Under the pieces are notes generated by a model. It did not search any database, was not told the origin of the DNA, and worked only from the letters and a program-made list of their open reading frames with translations. A stretch of 64,000 nt of DNA, from the NCBI GenBank assembly GCA_965222615.1, contig CBDCUI010000009.1, positions 1,053,580-1,117,579 on the forward strand, read 5' to 3'. This DNA comes from Gammaproteobacteria bacterium. Its GTDB lineage: Bacteria > Pseudomonadota > Gammaproteobacteria > UBA4575. Shown one piece after another: positions 61,887-64,000 of the stretch; the stretch's first letter is position 1; every line of letters starts with the position of its first letter. The translations under genes and the position numbers were made by a program.

Positions 61887-64000
61887 TTAAGGGATCGGTA
61901 ATGGAAGTGCCCCACCCTCGCAGTCGGTTGTATTGCCTACATAGAAATTTGAGAACATGTAGTTCAAGATCTTTGTTGCACAGGCTGCATCACAAGTACC
62001 CGCTGGTAGCCCGTATGGCATTGGCTGACTTGCAGGTGGCGCACCTGTGGTGTACTTAGCTACTAAGCCCGCAGTATTTGTGTATTTAGCACACAGCGCA
62101 TTCTTATCGAAGGTAGATAACATTAAAAGAACTTCAAACGTTCCCGGAGTACCTGGTAGCCCATGACAACCGGCATCCGCACAGGTTTGAACACCTCCGA
62201 ATAATTCAGTGTTGTATAAGTATTGACCTGTTGAGGTGGGATCAACTGTCACGGTAGCACTAGATGTAACATTTGCCGCATTTATACCGACACAGTTCAA
62301 GGTAAATGTAGTCGTTTCTTGAATAGCAGTGATTACTTGGTTTTGATTTGCGAGAATGCCTTTTGCTCCTGTCCACTGTGCGTTGGCGGGAACTGCGCTC
62401 GCATTACAAGAAACCAAATCTGTGGTAGCCCATGTAAGTGTACTTGCCATACCTTGACCAATCATTGTTGGATTAGCTGTCAGCGTGACCGTTGGATTTG
62501 GTTGCACCACTGTTACATTAACATTTGCAGTTGTAAATAAACCACCTGCATTAGTACACGTAAGTGTAAATGTGTTATTGGCAGCAGTTAAATTAGCAAT
62601 TACTTGACCAACTGCTTCATTCAAAGCCTTGTTTGCATTATCCCATGCAGGATTTGCTGGGTTTGAAGTTGCTACACAACTTGTGGCGTTTACAGTAGAC
62701 CAAGTTAATGTTGTAGAGCCATTATAAGGCACATTCATCGTTGGATTTGCCGTAAGATTAACCGTTGGCGCACCAGGTTGAGGATCGACCGTTACATTTA
62801 CTGTAGCCGGTACAGAATTAATACCGCCTTTGGTACAGACCAAACTAAATACATTCAAACCTGAATCGGTTAAATTCAAAAGCGTTTTAGAATCTGATGC
62901 TGCTAAAGCACCTGCCCATTGGCCACCGGCTGTAGCACCACCGGCAGTACATGCATCGCCATCAGATGTCCAAGTCAAAGTTACCGAACCATTGTAAGGT
63001 ACATTACCAACCGCATCTGAAGTAAATGTCATGATAACTGGTTGCACATCGTTATCGTTATTTGTAACAGCAACATCCGACGCGTCAGAGCGCTATAGGA
63101 TAAATCATTACTAATGGCTGGAGCCGTAACAACGGTATACGCAATGTCGCCATCAACCATTGGAGTTGCTACATCATCTACACCGGTAACCGTTACCGTT
63201 TGTGGCGTTGCATAATTAGCCGAAGTAAATACTACTGATGCAGGTAGTACGGTGCCTTCCGCAGCGTTGCTACTTGAAAGACCAATACTTACATCAGCTG
63301 TCGGCATGGTTCCTAAAACAATGGTAAATGTTGCAGAGGTACCATCTTCACCAGTAACTAAACCAGATGTTGGATTCACTGTTATCACGCCAGGAGGCGG
63401 TATTTCGTCATCTGTATTGGTGACAGAAACATCCGCTGGATCAATACCATTGTAATTAGCATCTGCTGATGATGAAGCTGCGGTCATGATCGTATAAGCA
63501 ACATTTCCATCTAATATCGCATCATCCACACCAGTAACCATTACAGTTTGTGGTTGTGTCCAATTCGCTGTAGTGAAAGTTAAAGTAGCAGGGTTAACTG
63601 TTCCCTCGGCTGCATTACTACTCATCAAATCGACTGTCACATCATCGGTAGACAATGAATTTAAAGCAACAGTAAATGACGCCATACCACCCGCTTCTGT
63701 TGTGGTAAGGCCTGAAGTTGGATTTACATTTATGCCAGGATTGTTGTTCGCACCTGGCAGTACTTTACCTTGAATAAAGCCTTCAATGATGTATTGCGAT
63801 ACATCACTTGCACATTGACCAGTACAGGCACCAGGATTATAACCACCAGTGGTTGATGGCATTAATGCTTCATTGTATGCAGTAAGTTGAGCATGTGTAG
63901 CACAAGTGGGGCAATCATTTATATTATTGACTGGACCACCTGCAGCAGTGCCTTCTCCTAGTTGTCCATGACAACTCATACAACCATGTGTAGCAGCTTC
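61887..64000 (-). CDS. Large surface/secreted protein with cytochrome c domains and Calx-beta-like and PKD/Ig-like repeats; frameshift at ~63086; 5' end outside the window
   Basis: CMSCH near the window edge and CADAGCH near the C-terminus. ORFs 63029-63979 and 61887-63047 join as ...SYSAL-DASDVAVTNNDND-VQPV if one base is restored. Confidence 0.8.

Overview
AT-rich gammaproteobacterial chromosome segment. The housekeeping backbone (ychF-pth-rplY-prs, tRNA-Gln-ispE-lolB-TPR/hemA-prfA-prmC, gatCAB/mreBCD, rnd-bolA-cytochromes c, metY) is interrupted by two accessory blocks. (1) About 19.5 kb lies between tRNA-Gln and prs. It carries a sigma-28-driven chemosensory cluster (P2-less CheA, CheW, a heme-c/Aer2-like MCP, a double-PAS MCP, CheD/B/R, an HDOD protein, and a CheY plus CheX-like pair), an SSS transporter/CitE-like cluster, and an SDH-family Clp-fold protease cassette. 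(2) About 9.6 kb of LPS/envelope-modification genes is bracketed by the intact mreD 3' end and a decayed second copy of it. This block contains two membrane-anchored LuxR regulators, a remnant of a third, and repeated 14-bp palindromic boxes in their divergent promoters. Other highlights are a tandem SAM-II / terminator / SAM-II / SD-sequestering pseudoknot leader upstream of an orphan ORF and metY, a 131-bp MITE-like element inside the gatA-gatB junction, a probable ATA start codon for mreC, and a large frameshifted surface protein with c-type cytochrome domains at both ends of a chain of Ig-like repeats. No CRISPR array, rRNA, integrase or transposase was seen. All family assignments come from motif recognition by eye; no searches were run.
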